Shown here: positions 41,291 to 54,714 of the stretch, in pieces | How positions within the stretch are numbered: position 1 is the stretch's first letter | How the letters are laid out: each line of letters opens with the position of its first letter | Source of the DNA: Lytechinus pictus | Lineage: Eukaryota | Assembly (NCBI RefSeq): GCF_037042905.1 | Contig: NC_087245.1 | Span: 24,492,001-24,556,000, forward strand | DNA: 64,000 nucleotides | Reading direction: 5' to 3' | Notes under the pieces: generated by a model | What the model was told of the DNA's origin: nothing | Databases searched by the model: none | What the model saw: only the letters and a program-made list of their open reading frames with translations | Program-made: the position numbers and the translations under genes

Positions 41291-41462
41291 TAGGAGTTTC
41301 ATGAAACTGTTCGAGTTACGAGTGACTTTAAGAACGACTGGTGATCCTTTCTTTGGCGCTTAATCACCGCCATGAAAATTTGATGTACAGTATATCATTT
41401 ACGACAAGAAATGGTCACCATTCATTCGTAACTTAACCAGAGCAGCTTTATGAAACGACCAC
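41291..41462. mobile_element. Harbinger-type MITE family A
   Basis: tttcatgaaactgttcg...gactttaagaacgactggtgatcc...cagctttatgaaacg. Confidence 0.7.
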
Positions 41463-42743
41463 TACATAGGACTGAAAAACCCGGCATGGACACTTATTTT
41501 AATAAACGAGCTATTTATATCCATGTCAAAGTGTGACCTGGATAAAAACCGCAATGTTTGATTGCATTAAGCTTCCCTCTTAACCAATATCCTTGTACTT
41601 CTTTCGTTTACTTCATGATAAATATATGTTATAAATTTCGGACATGTCTAGCAGTATTACAGACATTCATTAATACAGAGCAGAGGAAGAGGAATGATCA
41701 ATACCTACTAACATTTTGGATACGTCTGTCGGCATCTCTGAGAGTATAGCGGTATACATGAAAATGTATCGGTACATGCACACATTTTCACGCTTTCTAC
41801 GATCACTTCGTATTTTTAAAAATAGTAACCAACTTTCCCCATCTATGATTCATGAGGGGAAAAACATGTTTTTGACACTGAACCATTGAAGGATGTGCCC
41901 TTTGAATTGATTTGGTATGATATGACTAAAATTGAAGAAATTTACGCTGATACATATATAGCTCAACATTATTTTCATACTTAGGCTAAAATTGAAAAGG
42001 TGGGATGCAAAAGCCGGGGTAGAGAGGGGGGATGAGAAGTAAAACGTCAAAATAAAGGATCGTAGACATGCTATGAGACTTGTAAACGGGGCGGCGGCGG
42101 GGGAGGGAGGGACTGGTGTGGGGAGAAGAAAGGGAAAAGGAAAATAATATAGGTCTATATGAATATTATTTTAAAAAACAGAAGGCAGTGATAAGACAGG
42201 ATAGGGAGTAGTGAGAAAAAGTATGAGACAGAGTTGAGGAAAGAGTAAGAGGAGATCATAAGGAATGAATGTGGAAAGGTTAAATGAGAAGGATCCACAA
42301 AATAAAAATAGCACCATGCGAGCCTAGTGATATCTCTATTCCCAATTGATATACGCTCCACCTACATTTTTATTCATGGTGCCAAGGAGAGATTTAGGAC
42401 GATAAATAATGGGACTAGGCCTCGAAGGAGGGACGCATGCTAAAGATGTATGTGGATAGAATGGAGGGGATATTGGGAAAATAGAGACATTGAGAGACCT
42501 ATACACGTGAGGGTTTTGTATTATAATAATCAGGGGGTTTTAAAAGGGGAGTAATGATAAACCAAATGCGGATTAGTAAATAGCTGAGAGAGGGGGAGAG
42601 ATAAATGGAGGGTAAAAAAGGGAGCCAGAGAGATAGGGTGAGAATAAAAGGGTGGGGGAGATATGTTATTTAGTATAATAATAGGATGGAGCGAGTTGCT
42701 TATGTTAGTTGTACAGACTGTTGCACCCGATGGTTCATAAGCA

Positions 42744-42745
<2 letters not shown>

Positions 42746-42782
<37 letters not shown>

Positions 42783-42988
42783 CAAAATACAAGGTGAATA
42801 AAACAACCGTAGAGAGAAAAGTTAGATCAAATTTTCGCCCATAGGGCTTTATCATCATCATCATCCTGATGAAGCCCTATGGGCGAAAATCTGATCTAAC
42901 TTTTCTCTCTACGGTTGTTTTATTCACCTTGTATTTTGCTTTATACTACCACAACCGACACAGGACCTTCATTTTTATATATATATAA
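42746..42988 (+). mobile_element. Penelope-like 3' remnant with inverted duplication, inserted in (TA)n
   Basis: 69-bp near-perfect inverted arms (42781-42849 / 42872-42940), an (ATC)n spacer, a hammerhead-like core CTGATGA-AGCCCTATGGGC-GAAA, and (TA)n on both sides. Confidence 0.65.
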
Positions 42989-43923
42989 AGTGATAACTTA
43001 GCAGTTAGCAGATTTGCCGAAGACATACATGCATATCAACATGATCAAATTGAGAACAGTAATGAAGGAAGAAAGAGAGTGACGCAGAGAGGCATTATAA
43101 TCGGGATGATAAATTGGAAAACTATAACCTTGTATATACGACAGCCCATACTAATGCAAGACAAGAAAAATAAGTTTGATAATAATTTCCAAAATTCAAA
43201 CCAACTCATTAGACGGGATCAGACATGAATACAATTTGCAGTAATGTGGGACTCACCCATCTCCCCATTTGCTAAAGAAATCTCCTATGTTATCATTTTA
43301 AGATTCGTACTATTTAAAGTAAGATTTGGTTTTTGTATGAAATCAATTGGTTCCGTTCAACCGTTAAAGAGACAAATTTTCATGAAACCAACTGTAGACA
43401 AATTTGGACGACTGTCACAGAACACTTGCAAAGTTATTAAAGTCTCACAAAATCATTTCAATCTTTTTACAGAATCTTTCCTTATCTTTTATGATTTTTT
43501 TCATAAATTATTTAATTTAACACCCCTCCCACGCACACGCTTTCAATATACAAAAAAAAACTAATGACAGGGCGTGAATTCACTTTTCACAACGTCATTG
43601 GCTAAGTTGCGAGTATCAACATTGCAAAGTTAATTTGATAACAACTGGGACTTGACGATGTAATTGGAACGAAACTAAGTACAGCCATAATTTTCATCGG
43701 TACCTCGTGAAAAATAAATAAGTCGTCATTCAAGTCATTGCATCCTTAAAAGTTTTTCTTATTGAAAAAAGATAGGCAATAAATTTGATGAAGCGCGGGA
43801 GTCATGTAGCCTAAATGATAATTGGAGCATTTTTAATAAAAACAAGTTACGAGGAAACTGCGTGTTTGGAAAGATTCATCATGTATTAACCGTGGATATG
43901 AATAAATAATATTCTTAATGACT

Positions 43924-44076
43924 GGAAGCGATATCTTTGCTAACATCATCGACTTGCTATTCATTTTCTGAACCAGAAGTAGTAATTAATTATATTCCTA
44001 TTATGACAGGAAGCGATACATTTGCTATAACATCTTCGTTTTTTGCTATTCATTTTCTGAACCAGAAGTAGTAATT
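43924..44076. repeat. Local tandem duplication (~85-bp period)
   Basis: ggaagcgata...ttgctattcattttctgaaccagaagtagtaatt occurs twice. Confidence 0.85.
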
Positions 44077-44653
44077 TGTATTTATTTTATCAGATTATGG
44101 CTCCCTGTTAAAGACACATACATTGTAACTTCATCTTGCTGTTGAATCACCCTCTTTTTTAAATTAAATATCGCAGGTTATAGGTATCATACATGGGGTA
44201 CGGAACGGTTTTGAAAGTGGGGGGGGGGGGGCTGGTCAGGCCCAAAAAAGTCATGTGGTAATTTTATGTTTTTAAACGTTTGTAGTCAAAAATAGTCGCT
44301 GAAACACCCACCCCTCCGAATCCCCTTGCCCCTTTCATTAACTAAGAAGTGTGAGAAAGATAAGGCAAATTTCTTTGCCCTCAACACGATCAATAAAACA
44401 ATTTTGATAAAACGCTGGATAGCCATTAACTCAATGTTCAATCACTCTATTAAATGAAAAACCTGCTCATATTTGATTTAATGCAAGTAAATATTCCAAC
44501 CTACCTATAGGACCGATGGATTCCTTTGAAATGTTACGAGTAACAACATTGGTTGTAAATTAATCAGATACAAACATTTCAGTAGCATATAACAACTTGA
44601 ATGAGCGAGAAATCGGTTCACGAAAAGGCCCTGATGACGAGGTATAAGGCCCT

Positions 44654-44833
44654 GCGGACCGTTTCATGAACCTATTCATATCTTAAGAGCGACTTTAAGA
44701 ACGACTGGTGAGCCTTTCTTGTGGTAAATGGTATACACTAAAATGTTCATTGGCAAAAGTTTAGCGCGTAAGAAAATTCATCAGTCGTTCTTAAAGTTGC
44801 TCTTAACTTACGAACAGCTTTACGAAACACCCG
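44654..44833. mobile_element. Harbinger-type MITE family A
   Basis: Internal inverted repeats ttaagagcgactttaagaacgactg / cagtcgttcttaaagttgctcttaa. Confidence 0.8.
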
Positions 44834-47493
44834 ACAGAGATGAATGTCCTGACGAACGGCACAAGTACATTGATTTGGTTTCGTACCGAAGTAATTGGAT
44901 TACAAAATCATTGCTCTTTGAATTGACCTTAAGTAGGGGCATATGAGAAGAAGCTTATTCTTGGCCATAGCAAAATCGAACCGAAACTTCGACAGCCAAG
45001 AAAGTTTGCTTGATTCGACCTGTAAAAAAAGGATGCCCGTCATTATGGTTATATGGCTGGGGTATCATTTTACAACAATCTAGACACATCGACCTATCAC
45101 GTCTCTCCCTTAGGTGGAATCACTTTCCACTTTGTCAATCAAACAACATTTAAATGCCAATACCAAGTTATAAAAGTGGTTTGTTTTTAATCTTTCAAAG
45201 ATACATAATATCATAATGCAAAACATACTTTCAGTTATGCTGGTAACGACTATAAAATACATTCGTACACAATCATAGAAAATGACCAACCAAATGTTTG
45301 AACGGATGAATAAAACACAAATTTACGGAATGATGCTTAGAATATGAGAAATCCTCCAGTTATTATCAGAATAAGAGTGACATCCCGATTTCTTAAAAAG
45401 TCTTTGCCAAAGCAATTATCAATACATGTGATCACGTGTGCTTATCTGTTTTGCGATTTTCAGAAGTCTAGCCTTTCGGCTATAGGGTTGCATTAACAAT
45501 GCATGGCTTATAACGATGTGGATTGAGAACGAAACCACTAACTTAAGAATTCGCGACCTCTGGACTCCCTCGATTAAAAATAATTTTCCTTTAAAGAGTA
45601 CCTTTTTTTTATAATGTGCATTTCAAAGAATTCTTTAATATGTTTTATCAACTAAATCTAGATTAAATTAGTCTGTAGCAGACGCTTTCTACTTAAAACA
45701 CCATAAAATTAAAGTACAGGTCAAATCTAATGGGAGAAATTAAGCTCCTGTCAAATAGAATGAAAGTGCAATGTACATCTTCCATTCAAACACAAACCAA
45801 TGCAGAACAGAGAGGAAAAGGTTCAAGATAAGGTTAAGTCTTTAAGAAAAATAAGCATAACAACAAAGGTGTAAAACAAAATGATCAACATTAATACAAA
45901 TTGAATGAAGAGTATGATGTGACTGTGTGAGTATATAAGAGAGAGAGAGATTGCGTGTGTGTGTGTGGGGGGTGTTTTTGAGCTTGAGAGAGGGGATGAA
46001 TTGGGAGATGGTACAATTGTTGTAGAACTTGTAGACAAGATACAGGGAAACTGAACAAAAATAGAGCGATAAATGTTAAGTAAGTATAAATGAAAGAGAG
46101 CGGAAGAAGAACTCGAGAAAGAAAGAAACGCAAAGACAAAGTCTAGTAAGACAGTGGCTGTCAGATGCAGAGAGGATGGGCATGGAAGGAAAGATATCAT
46201 GATAAAGTTGGAGAAAGAGAAGGTGAAAGCAAGGGGTGTATCCTAAAGGTAATCGAAGTCGCACCTACTAGGTGGAGACTAGGAGAAGGTCAAGCCTACT
46301 CCAGGACACATCGCCATGGGTGTGATGAATAAAAGAAGATTTCATCCTCGGGGTTAAATGATCACCATGGAAACATCCTCCCCTTTCCTCTCTCAAGATC
46401 CACTCAAAAACTAACAAGAACCATATTGATTCTATGTCTTTCTTGCAAAGGAATGTAAAATAAATCTTCCCTATCTATGGTCTATGGATATAGATTCCCA
46501 CGCATTCATCTTACACCACTTTCTTTCTCGTAGCTATTTCTTTTTTATTTACCAAAGTAAAAAACATGTTTAAATCATATAGAAATGACAGTCTGTGAAC
46601 ATTATTATGATGAGATTTTTACCCTCTTTTCTCACTTCCTGTATTTTATTTCTTTATACAATTCTTTAGTTTGTAAATTATTGATATCATGAATACTATA
46701 CCTATAATACTGATTATACAATATTTGTGTTCTTGCAAAGAAGTAAAGTAAATGGCTCTTTCGATTTGACAGTCCGTCGATATATTAAGATAATATTATT
46801 CCATTACTTTCACATCCTTATGTTTTCTTTTATTTTAAAACTCTTGAGTCATAATTGACTCATTGATTAGATTATTATTCTTCCATATCCATAAGACCAA
46901 TAATGCTCTTAACATACATGTAATATTGACTTCCGAAACATGTACTTTGTTATGAATTTAAGAAGAAGAATCAATTTATTTTTTACATTTCATACTTATT
47001 CATACACACATTCAAATGATAATACTTAAATCATTTGATCAAGTAATTCGTGGAAATAAGTCTTATTCTTCTTGAAATGGACATGGTTTTAGCGGTGTTT
47101 GACAATACGGATAGTACTTTGGGGGAAGCATTTCCACCCCGCCCCTCAACTGCTCTTTATTTCCGGCGTCTTGCTCGAGACGATGACGAAAATAATCAAT
47201 GACATAATTAATGTATCATTTTCACACATCAGCAGAGGAAAGCAGAGAGGCAAAATAATTACCAAAGGTTAAGACAACAATCTCCTTGCGATTGTTGTTC
47301 TTTGGCACCCCTGGCTTGAAAACGATCGAGGGGAAACGTCTGTGAATTATTTTTTCATGGTCTATAAAATAACCGTTCCGCCTGAGATGCGATCACCGCT
47401 GCTATGCTATGAAAACGGAATAAAGAAAACCAGCGTTCATTTTGCTTCATGGTGCAATCGATATTATTTTCATTTTATGCTATACATGTATTG

Positions 47494-47770
47494 TGGAGCG
47501 TCGTGGCCCAGTTGATTACTCTCCATACTTTGAAACAGAGGGTCTTGGGTTCAAATCCCAGCCATGGCGTAATTTCCATCAGCAAGGAATTTATCCACAG
47601 TGTGCTGCACTCGACCCAGGTGAGGTAAATGGGTACCGGCAGGAAGTAGTTCCTCAAAAAGCTGTGTGCACCTGAATAAGTAGCCTAGCTAAGCCGGGTA
47701 ATAATAATAGCAGGGCCCGCTGGGAGAACAGTTTTCGGAACTGAAGTGGCTACCTTGGGTAAATATACCG

Positions 47771-47800
<30 letters not shown>
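47494..47800 (+). mobile_element. Full-length tRNA-derived SINE (SURF1-like) with CR1/L2-type tail
   Basis: A-box tggcccagttg, B-box ggttcaaatcc, core cactcgacccaggtgaggtaaatgggtacc, tail cagggcccgctgggagaacag...ctaccttgggtaaata, then (ATT)n. Confidence 0.85.
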
Positions 47801-47801
<1 letters not shown>

Positions 47802-48349
47802 AGATATTAATCAGAATATAGCGAGATACGAATATATAATTCACTTGATAGATGACAGTTCACATAACTGTATTCCTTATACATATGATTTTTCTTTTAT
47901 CAAAAGTTAAGAAGTGATTAAAACCATTAAGTGGATGAATCACAAATTTCAATGTTGTTCAACAATCAATGATTCCTATTGTTCAAATTGTATACAGGAT
48001 TAATCATAAAAGAATGTTTATTAGGGTAATCAAAGGTTTTATCCCAGGTGCCTAGCTATAATTTTTAGTCCCCGAATCGGCATGAAATGAATGCTTCAAA
48101 GCACCATTTTTACGGTTCAAACGAGTTATCGAAGCCGTCTGAGATAACATTGCGACGACGAGTCAATTTCCTTATGCATTAGAAACAATGTGATGAATGC
48201 GCGTTAACATAACGTCTCTCACGAAAAGAATCATTAACTCCACTTCAATTGATTGGTGAAAATATTTCTTTAGGATATAAGCATTCGAGTAGCATTACTC
48301 ATGCAAATAGGGATAAGGAAAACACGAGGTGAGTAGATTGATATGGGAT

Positions 48350-48800
48350 GATCAAGGGTATTTATGGGCACTTAATAGTCTCCATGTGATAGCAGTAAGT
48401 TTCAAGTCATGACTGAACATCTAAATTAAAGGATAACCTGTCAGATCAATTCCGTTTCACATGTTGACGTGTCTCTAATGGGAACTATTCTTTCAAAGAA
48501 ATACTGATCCTCATTCATCATTCTACATCAACCCCGATTACTTAGTATGAAGACCACTTACTTGGAATGGACAAAAAAACGATGCAGAGAGTCTACTTGA
48601 AGAAGAACGGAGAAAAAGAACGGACAGTGGGTGAAACTTTCCATTTTGTAATGTTAACAGAACTTTTAATATGTTTAGGAATTTAAGCTCAACAGTAGAC
48701 AAAACGATACTTTAGTTCTAGATATGAGTTGCATCAAATTGCACCGTCTCCATTCTTTAACAGGGAACTCTCCATGTGAACAGAAATTGACATTATAGTA
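48350..48800 (+). mobile_element. Highly decayed L2/CR1 RT fragment
   Basis: Faint frameshifted remnants LSDQF, GTILS, YINP and LNxxKT-like. Confidence 0.3.
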
Positions 48801-48941
48801 CACGACCGTGCAGCTTAACAAAGAGAAAGGCGGGTCATATGACGCCAATTAATACATTTACCTACTCTAAAAAATCCAGAAATGTATTGAATGAAAAAAA
48901 AGTTGAACTCTAGTGACAAAGTTAGACCAATCACGTTGCTA

Positions 48942-49283
48942 ATGCTAGGACTCCACTGGGTCGACACCAGTTCACGCCAATGCGAATCGGCTGTGGCGCC
49001 TAGTGTCGTCAATAGGGTGCCTAGTGGCGTGCAGTGGCTCAAAAAGCCTCCCAACTAACACGAGGTGGTACCTAACGGCGCCAAAAATTGACTTTGGTGT
49101 GACGAAAATTAAAAAATGTTTGAAAATGTAAAAATGTTTGATATTTTGGCCGCGCTAAATTCAATTGGGAGGCAGTTTGATTCATTGCTCGCCACTGGGC
49201 ACCTTATTGCCTTTGGTTACACTAGGCGCCACAGCCGCTTTGCATTGGCGCGACCTGGCGCCAACCCAGTGGACTCCTAGCAT
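48942..49283. mobile_element. Old foldback MITE with ~115-bp diverged inverted arms
   Basis: atgctaggactccactggg...ctgtggcgcctagtgt...cctcccaa is mirrored by ttgggagg...acactaggcgccacag...cccagtggactcctagcat. Confidence 0.75.
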
Positions 49284-50283
49284 GTTATGCATGTTTTCTT
49301 TATTATCTCTTTTATTATGTACCAAAAATGATGACGAATTTCCTGTGCAGTAAAAAATAGGGCCTACCGGACAACCTGTCGGTTACACGAGAGTAGAATA
49401 GTATTGCCTATTAACTCGTTTTGAGGGTAATATTCGGCTCTCTCTGCTAGAAAGTGGAAATGCTTATATATCACGGGTTAATTAACATTACAAATCAGTC
49501 GTACGAGCACAGGAAATGACAAGTCATTTACCATTGCATTACATTATCAACATAATGATAGGCTTGCCTTGGATTTTATCGAGCAACACAATGAAAACTA
49601 CACAACTTTATATAAAATGAAGAAGAAATAAGTACCAAATGAGTTTAGTTGAATTTGGATCAACAAAGGGTTATAAGATGCAAATTGTTTTCTTCTTAAA
49701 GTATGCGCACGTGTATGTATGGCGCAACTCGTTTTGACGCTTCAACTCCGTCCGTTATCCTGACTGTGAAATATATTCGTCTGTGTAATAAATAATTTAG
49801 ACGAATTGTGCTATACATTTAACATTGAAAGGATCAACGTTTAGGATCCAGTGCGATGTAGTTGATATTCCGCAATTATTTAGTGGAGTGATCATCCGCT
49901 CCGCTCTACGATCACGGCATGACTTATTCAACGCAAACATACGCACCGAGTCGTCTTGATGAAAAACTTTATGAACATTAGTAGAAGCATTGCTCACTTT
50001 GGCGTTAGCTCGAATCCTTGAGACAAGCGAATGAGGCAATGACGACCGGTGATAATCAATCAGGAAATAAGGAATTAAGTTGAAGTCTTTTCATTCGTTT
50101 ATATCGGGTTTTATTTTGGTTGATTTGGTTCCTTATCATTATTGCATATCGTCGTGGCGCGGTAGAATAATTCTCTGCACGCAAAGAAAGGCGTCAAAAG
50201 AGAGGTGTTGCGGCATTGAGTTCGCAGAAAGATGAACCCGCATTAGCATCCGAAGACAAGATGACTCCCTGCAACTCTTCCTG

Positions 50284-50455
50284 GTGGGTGTTTCATAATG
50301 CTGTTCGTAAGTTAAGAACGACTTTAAAAACGACTGGTGATCCTTTCTTTTGGTAAATGGTATATTCATTAGCGATGGTTAAGCGCATAAGAATGGCTCA
50401 CCAGTCGTTCTGATAGTCGCTCTTAACTTACGAACGGCTTTATGAAACGGCCCCC
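50284..50455. mobile_element. Harbinger-type MITE family A
   Basis: Ends gggtgtttcataatgctgttcgtaagttaag / cttaacttacgaacggctttatgaaacggccc. Confidence 0.8.
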
Positions 50456-52397
50456 GATACAGACTAAATATACTGTGAGAAAAAAGAGAAACGGAAGGAA
50501 TTACATATGACGGAAGAAAAAGGAAAATCGAAAGAGATGCATTTGTAGAAGGGTGGGGGAGAGAGAAGGGATGCCAATAAAAGTGCAGTATCGACATGCC
50601 TCGGACGCAAAAAGAATTCATTTACGCAAAAGTACCTCTGACAAAATATGGCAAGGATGGTTCAGAGTAGGTAAAACGAGTATGACGGACAGGAAAGAAA
50701 TGCATTCATGCTAAAGAAAATGGAAATTTTACAATAAATAATTTAGAGGAAAATAAATGATGAAGTATGTAGCATAAATGTGAACTGTGGGCGACACGGG
50801 CTGTATAGGAGACAGATAAAGCGGGGGAGAGGGTACGTGGCTTATAGAAAGAAGGGGTAAATGGACTAAAAGTGCAGAGAAATTATACACAATTTCGTCA
50901 GTGTTCTTGTTTTGGTCGTGATGGGACGTGACTTAGACAGTCGTTTCAGCAGTAGACAATAATGACAGAGTTCTGACGTATCAAAGTTGCAAGGAGTGTA
51001 AGGGAAGATCAGCTATAGCCGGAAGAAACATTGTGAGGTATAAATATGATCCGATGTGGTTGATGCTGAATATCTTCCCCTAGGATTCCTACATATCGGT
51101 GGATACAAGTCATTGTTATAAGATTCCTGGGAAGAAAAACAGAGTCATGTTGGTTCAGAATAATGTTTTCTTTAGATTGATTCTGGGAATATTATAAAGC
51201 TGAATTTTAGGGATACATTTCTTTTGCGGATACATGTAGGTCGTTGACCCAAGCAAGCCGTGTACAATAAGACGCGTATTCTGATATTCAGTTCAGCTTA
51301 AACAAATAACTCTGCGGTCTAAATCAAATTTAATATACTGCAGAAAAGCAGATTTGACAACTAAAGAGTTTTTTTTCTCAAAACGTATTTTTTTAAGGAA
51401 ACAAACTCAATCTAGTTAATTATTTTAACACCCTGTTTTCAGGATGTTAGTGAGTGAATACCGCTGTTAGGACTATTTTTTTTAATATTGATCGTTTTCT
51501 TTTCGATGTATTATAGGGAATTACCTATTTCATGCATTCCCGAATGCTCAAGAGCAAGATGAATAATCACTTCTTAATTAACCATGATTACATTAAAATG
51601 TTTCCTTACTGCAAGCTCTCGGGGTTACCTTTAATACCAACAGTATCATCACGTCTCCATCAGCGGACAAAATGCAAATTAATTTGAAATTGAAACTGGT
51701 TTACCTGCGTGAAATTATGTACGGCGAAATAAAGACAAAAATATAAGGTTGTTATTTTCACACTCTCTGTATGAAATAGAAGGAACGTTTCTTTCTAAAA
51801 ATGGCTGGGATGAAATACCCGTCTGCGAAAGAGAACTGATGAAAAATATGTAATATGAGAAGGAATGGAGAGATTGAAACGCGTGTGAGTTTCGCCTGGC
51901 AATATGAAATTATTGTCTGCAATACTGCTTTGTAAAATGTTTTGCTGACATTAATAGGCAACAAGGACAACGTAATTGAAATTAATATATATGAAAAAAC
52001 ATCAAACTTTCTTAGTTTGTTTGAATAACGAAATAAAAATGAATGTCAAAGGCTATGATAGAAAAGTAGGGAAGACAAGTTTAAGGAACTAAGCGTGAAA
52101 ATGATACCAAATTAGTGTTTATACCTAATTGATGTAATTTCATGTGATTTCGAGTGGCGTCAAATATCATTTGAAAACAAACTGGCACCGAACATGTGCG
52201 TTGTTTATCCTTGCATTGTGTTTTTTACATCACGATTTCCATCCAGTCTCCTTTAATATATTGTCAAACATGTCAACTATGGGGCTCATTTTATTTTGTT
52301 GATTTATTTTTTACTGTTCTGTGTATTTCAGAATAGATCATATATTATTGAAAAAAATGAAGTGAAGATGTGTTTCTCGCTCAGTTTACCCAACTAA

Positions 52398-52620
52398 GCG
52401 TGTTGGCTCAGTGATGGAGCGCCCGCCCCTTGAACTGCAGGCCATGGGTTCGATCCCTGGCCAAGTCACACAAAATCAAATACTCTAAAAATTGAACTTT
52501 CTGCAATTTAGCAGTGGGTTCAGCATATAGATTGAACAAAAATATAATAATGTCAAGATAATGGGGTGCGCTGGTATAGCAATTTTGTAACTAAAGTGGC
52601 AACCCTGGATGAATAAAACT
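52398..52620 (+). mobile_element. Decayed tRNA-derived SINE (MetaSINE-like)
   Basis: A-box tggctcagtgatgg, B-box ggttcgatccc, then ggccaagtcacac and tail aagtggcaaccctggatgaataaa. Confidence 0.7.
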
Positions 52621-53269
52621 TTATCCTCACTGCACATACAAAAACAAATTCAGACGATGCATGCCTAAAGGCATATTCCAAAGAATCAGAAGGAGACTAG
52701 ATAAAATAGGAATGGATTGCAATGTTGTTTTTATGTGGAAACGTGCTTTGCAGTAACGACCAATAATTATTACTTTTTAGTACAAAATTAACCAATTAAT
52801 GCAACATTAAACATCCACAGGAAGCCGGGAAGCAGACACGTTTAAAGAACATGACTTGTTATTGCCAGATTCAAATAAACAATCTATTCCCAACGGATAC
52901 AAAATCACCTTTTGTGAAAACTATGTCTCTGATAATATTACATGTCTTTAAAAGAATTTGAATAAATAACCTATATTTTTAGAACAATTATGAAAACAAA
53001 ACGCACTTTAATACCACTTTTCCCTAGCGCTATTACAACATTTGGTAAACAAAATGTTGTAGCGTTTGGGTGAGTATCCTTAATAACTAGCCTAATTCTT
53101 GTGGATTTATGTTCCCATTATTATATTCACAGTATCCTCTTTTTTTTTTTTTAGAGAGAGGTGAAATAAATGAATTTGAAATTGAATGAGGACAAATAGT
53201 AGCTTTAATATTTCACATAGTTCATGACTTTCATGTCTCTAAATGCAAGGCCCTTTGAGGACATACATA

Positions 53270-53640
53270 CATCACTAATCTGATGTAGGCCACTAATTCT
53301 CAAGTATACCACATCTGGATGGGTAGTGGGAAATCTGTTACTAGTGGCTGAGAAAGTGCTGCAGCAGCGGTAAACATTTGCAACGTTCTTTACTTACATG
53401 TAATTCGATTTAGTAAAGCAACGATATTTTACACGCACCAATACTTTTATGTTTCCAAACAGACATCAATACCTGGAATGATACTTTATTTCTGACAGAT
53501 TATTCTTTAAGATTGGATTTGGACTGGGGATATTCACCAATAATTTGATAAATCTGGTGATAAACTATACTTCCGTTATCAATGAATACAGTCACTCTGA
53601 AGACATGACAGATAAAGTAAGTCATTGTAAAAGGATATGT
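53270..53640 (+). pseudogene. Possible decayed hAT (ZBED-like) transposase fragment
   Basis: Broken frames give RKCCSSGKHLQRS and QTDINTWNDTLFL, resembling the hAT motifs KCRxxVxHFxxS and DVxTRWNST. Confidence 0.3.
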
Positions 53641-54135
53641 AATCGATCGTCTCCACAAGTGTGATTTACTTGCTTATTGCTTCTTCAAAGCGCCCGTCAC
53701 ACTAAACGAACAAAAATCGAACCCTACCGATTAGTCATTCCACATAGCATAATAAACTTGTTCGATTTAGATTGCCTGAACTCTGGAGTGTCTGCTTATG
53801 TATATTCGGGCAAATGGGTATCCGGACAAATTGTTCAGCAATTATTTCAATCCGGTCAGGTAGTTCAGATCGTCAAACCTGCCTCTGCTAAGGTAAGTAA
53901 TCAGGTATCCACTTCAATCTGATATAAATGAATTCAATTATGATGCATTCAATATTATTGTTTGTTTTTCTTTTTAGTTATTCGAGAATTTCACTGCCCC
54001 TGTACCGAGTTCCGCAAACTTTGTTCACTGAAGAAATTTCAATTGTAATGATATTCGCTTTCGTTTCTGAATTACTACCTTTTCCTTCGGCGATTAGAAA
54101 ATACTATTCCCTAATACGGTACCATTGGTTCATAG

Positions 54136-54714
54136 GGCTTATTATAATCACTCGGGTCGCGTTCGCGTTCGAAATCACTCGGGTCGCGTTCGTAATCACT
54201 CGGGTTTTGGATTTTTTGCGATTTTTTTTATTTCGATGCGATTTGATGTCTTCAATGGGACAAACACGCTGGGAAAATGAAATGAAATTGAAATTCTAGT
54301 TTCGTGTTAAGCCGGCAAGTGCCTTAAATAAAATGCACTCGCCTACTGCTTAACATAACAAACAAGCAAATCAGCCATGTGGCTCAACTATCCTAGAATA
54401 CATCCAGACTTCTACTGTTTTTATACGAGGACTCCGAGTCGGAACTTGCCATATCTGCCACATCGATATGACATCGCAGGGGCCGCGGAACGGTTTTCAA
54501 AGTGGGGGGGCTGAGCCAAAAGTGGGGGGGGGGGCTGACCATGCAAAAAATCACAATCATATGGTAATTTTTACGTTTTTGTACACGGTTTTGGAAAAAA
54601 GTGGGGGGCTGAAATAAAAAAAAAAAAATCGCCAAAAATCCCAAACCCGAGTGATTTCGAACGCGACCCGAGTGATTTCGAACGCGAACGCGACCCGAGT
54701 GATTATAATAAGCC
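54136..54714. mobile_element. Merlin/Mutator-like non-autonomous element with repeat-containing TIRs
   Basis: ~90-bp TIRs starting GGCTTATTATAATCACTCGGGTCGCGTTCG, with three AATCACTCGGG units per arm; perfect 8-bp TSD GTTCATAG (54128-35 and 54715-22). Confidence 0.85.

Noticed and set aside
44628..44660. Second CTGATGA hammerhead-like core
   Set aside because: No stem II followed by GAAA.
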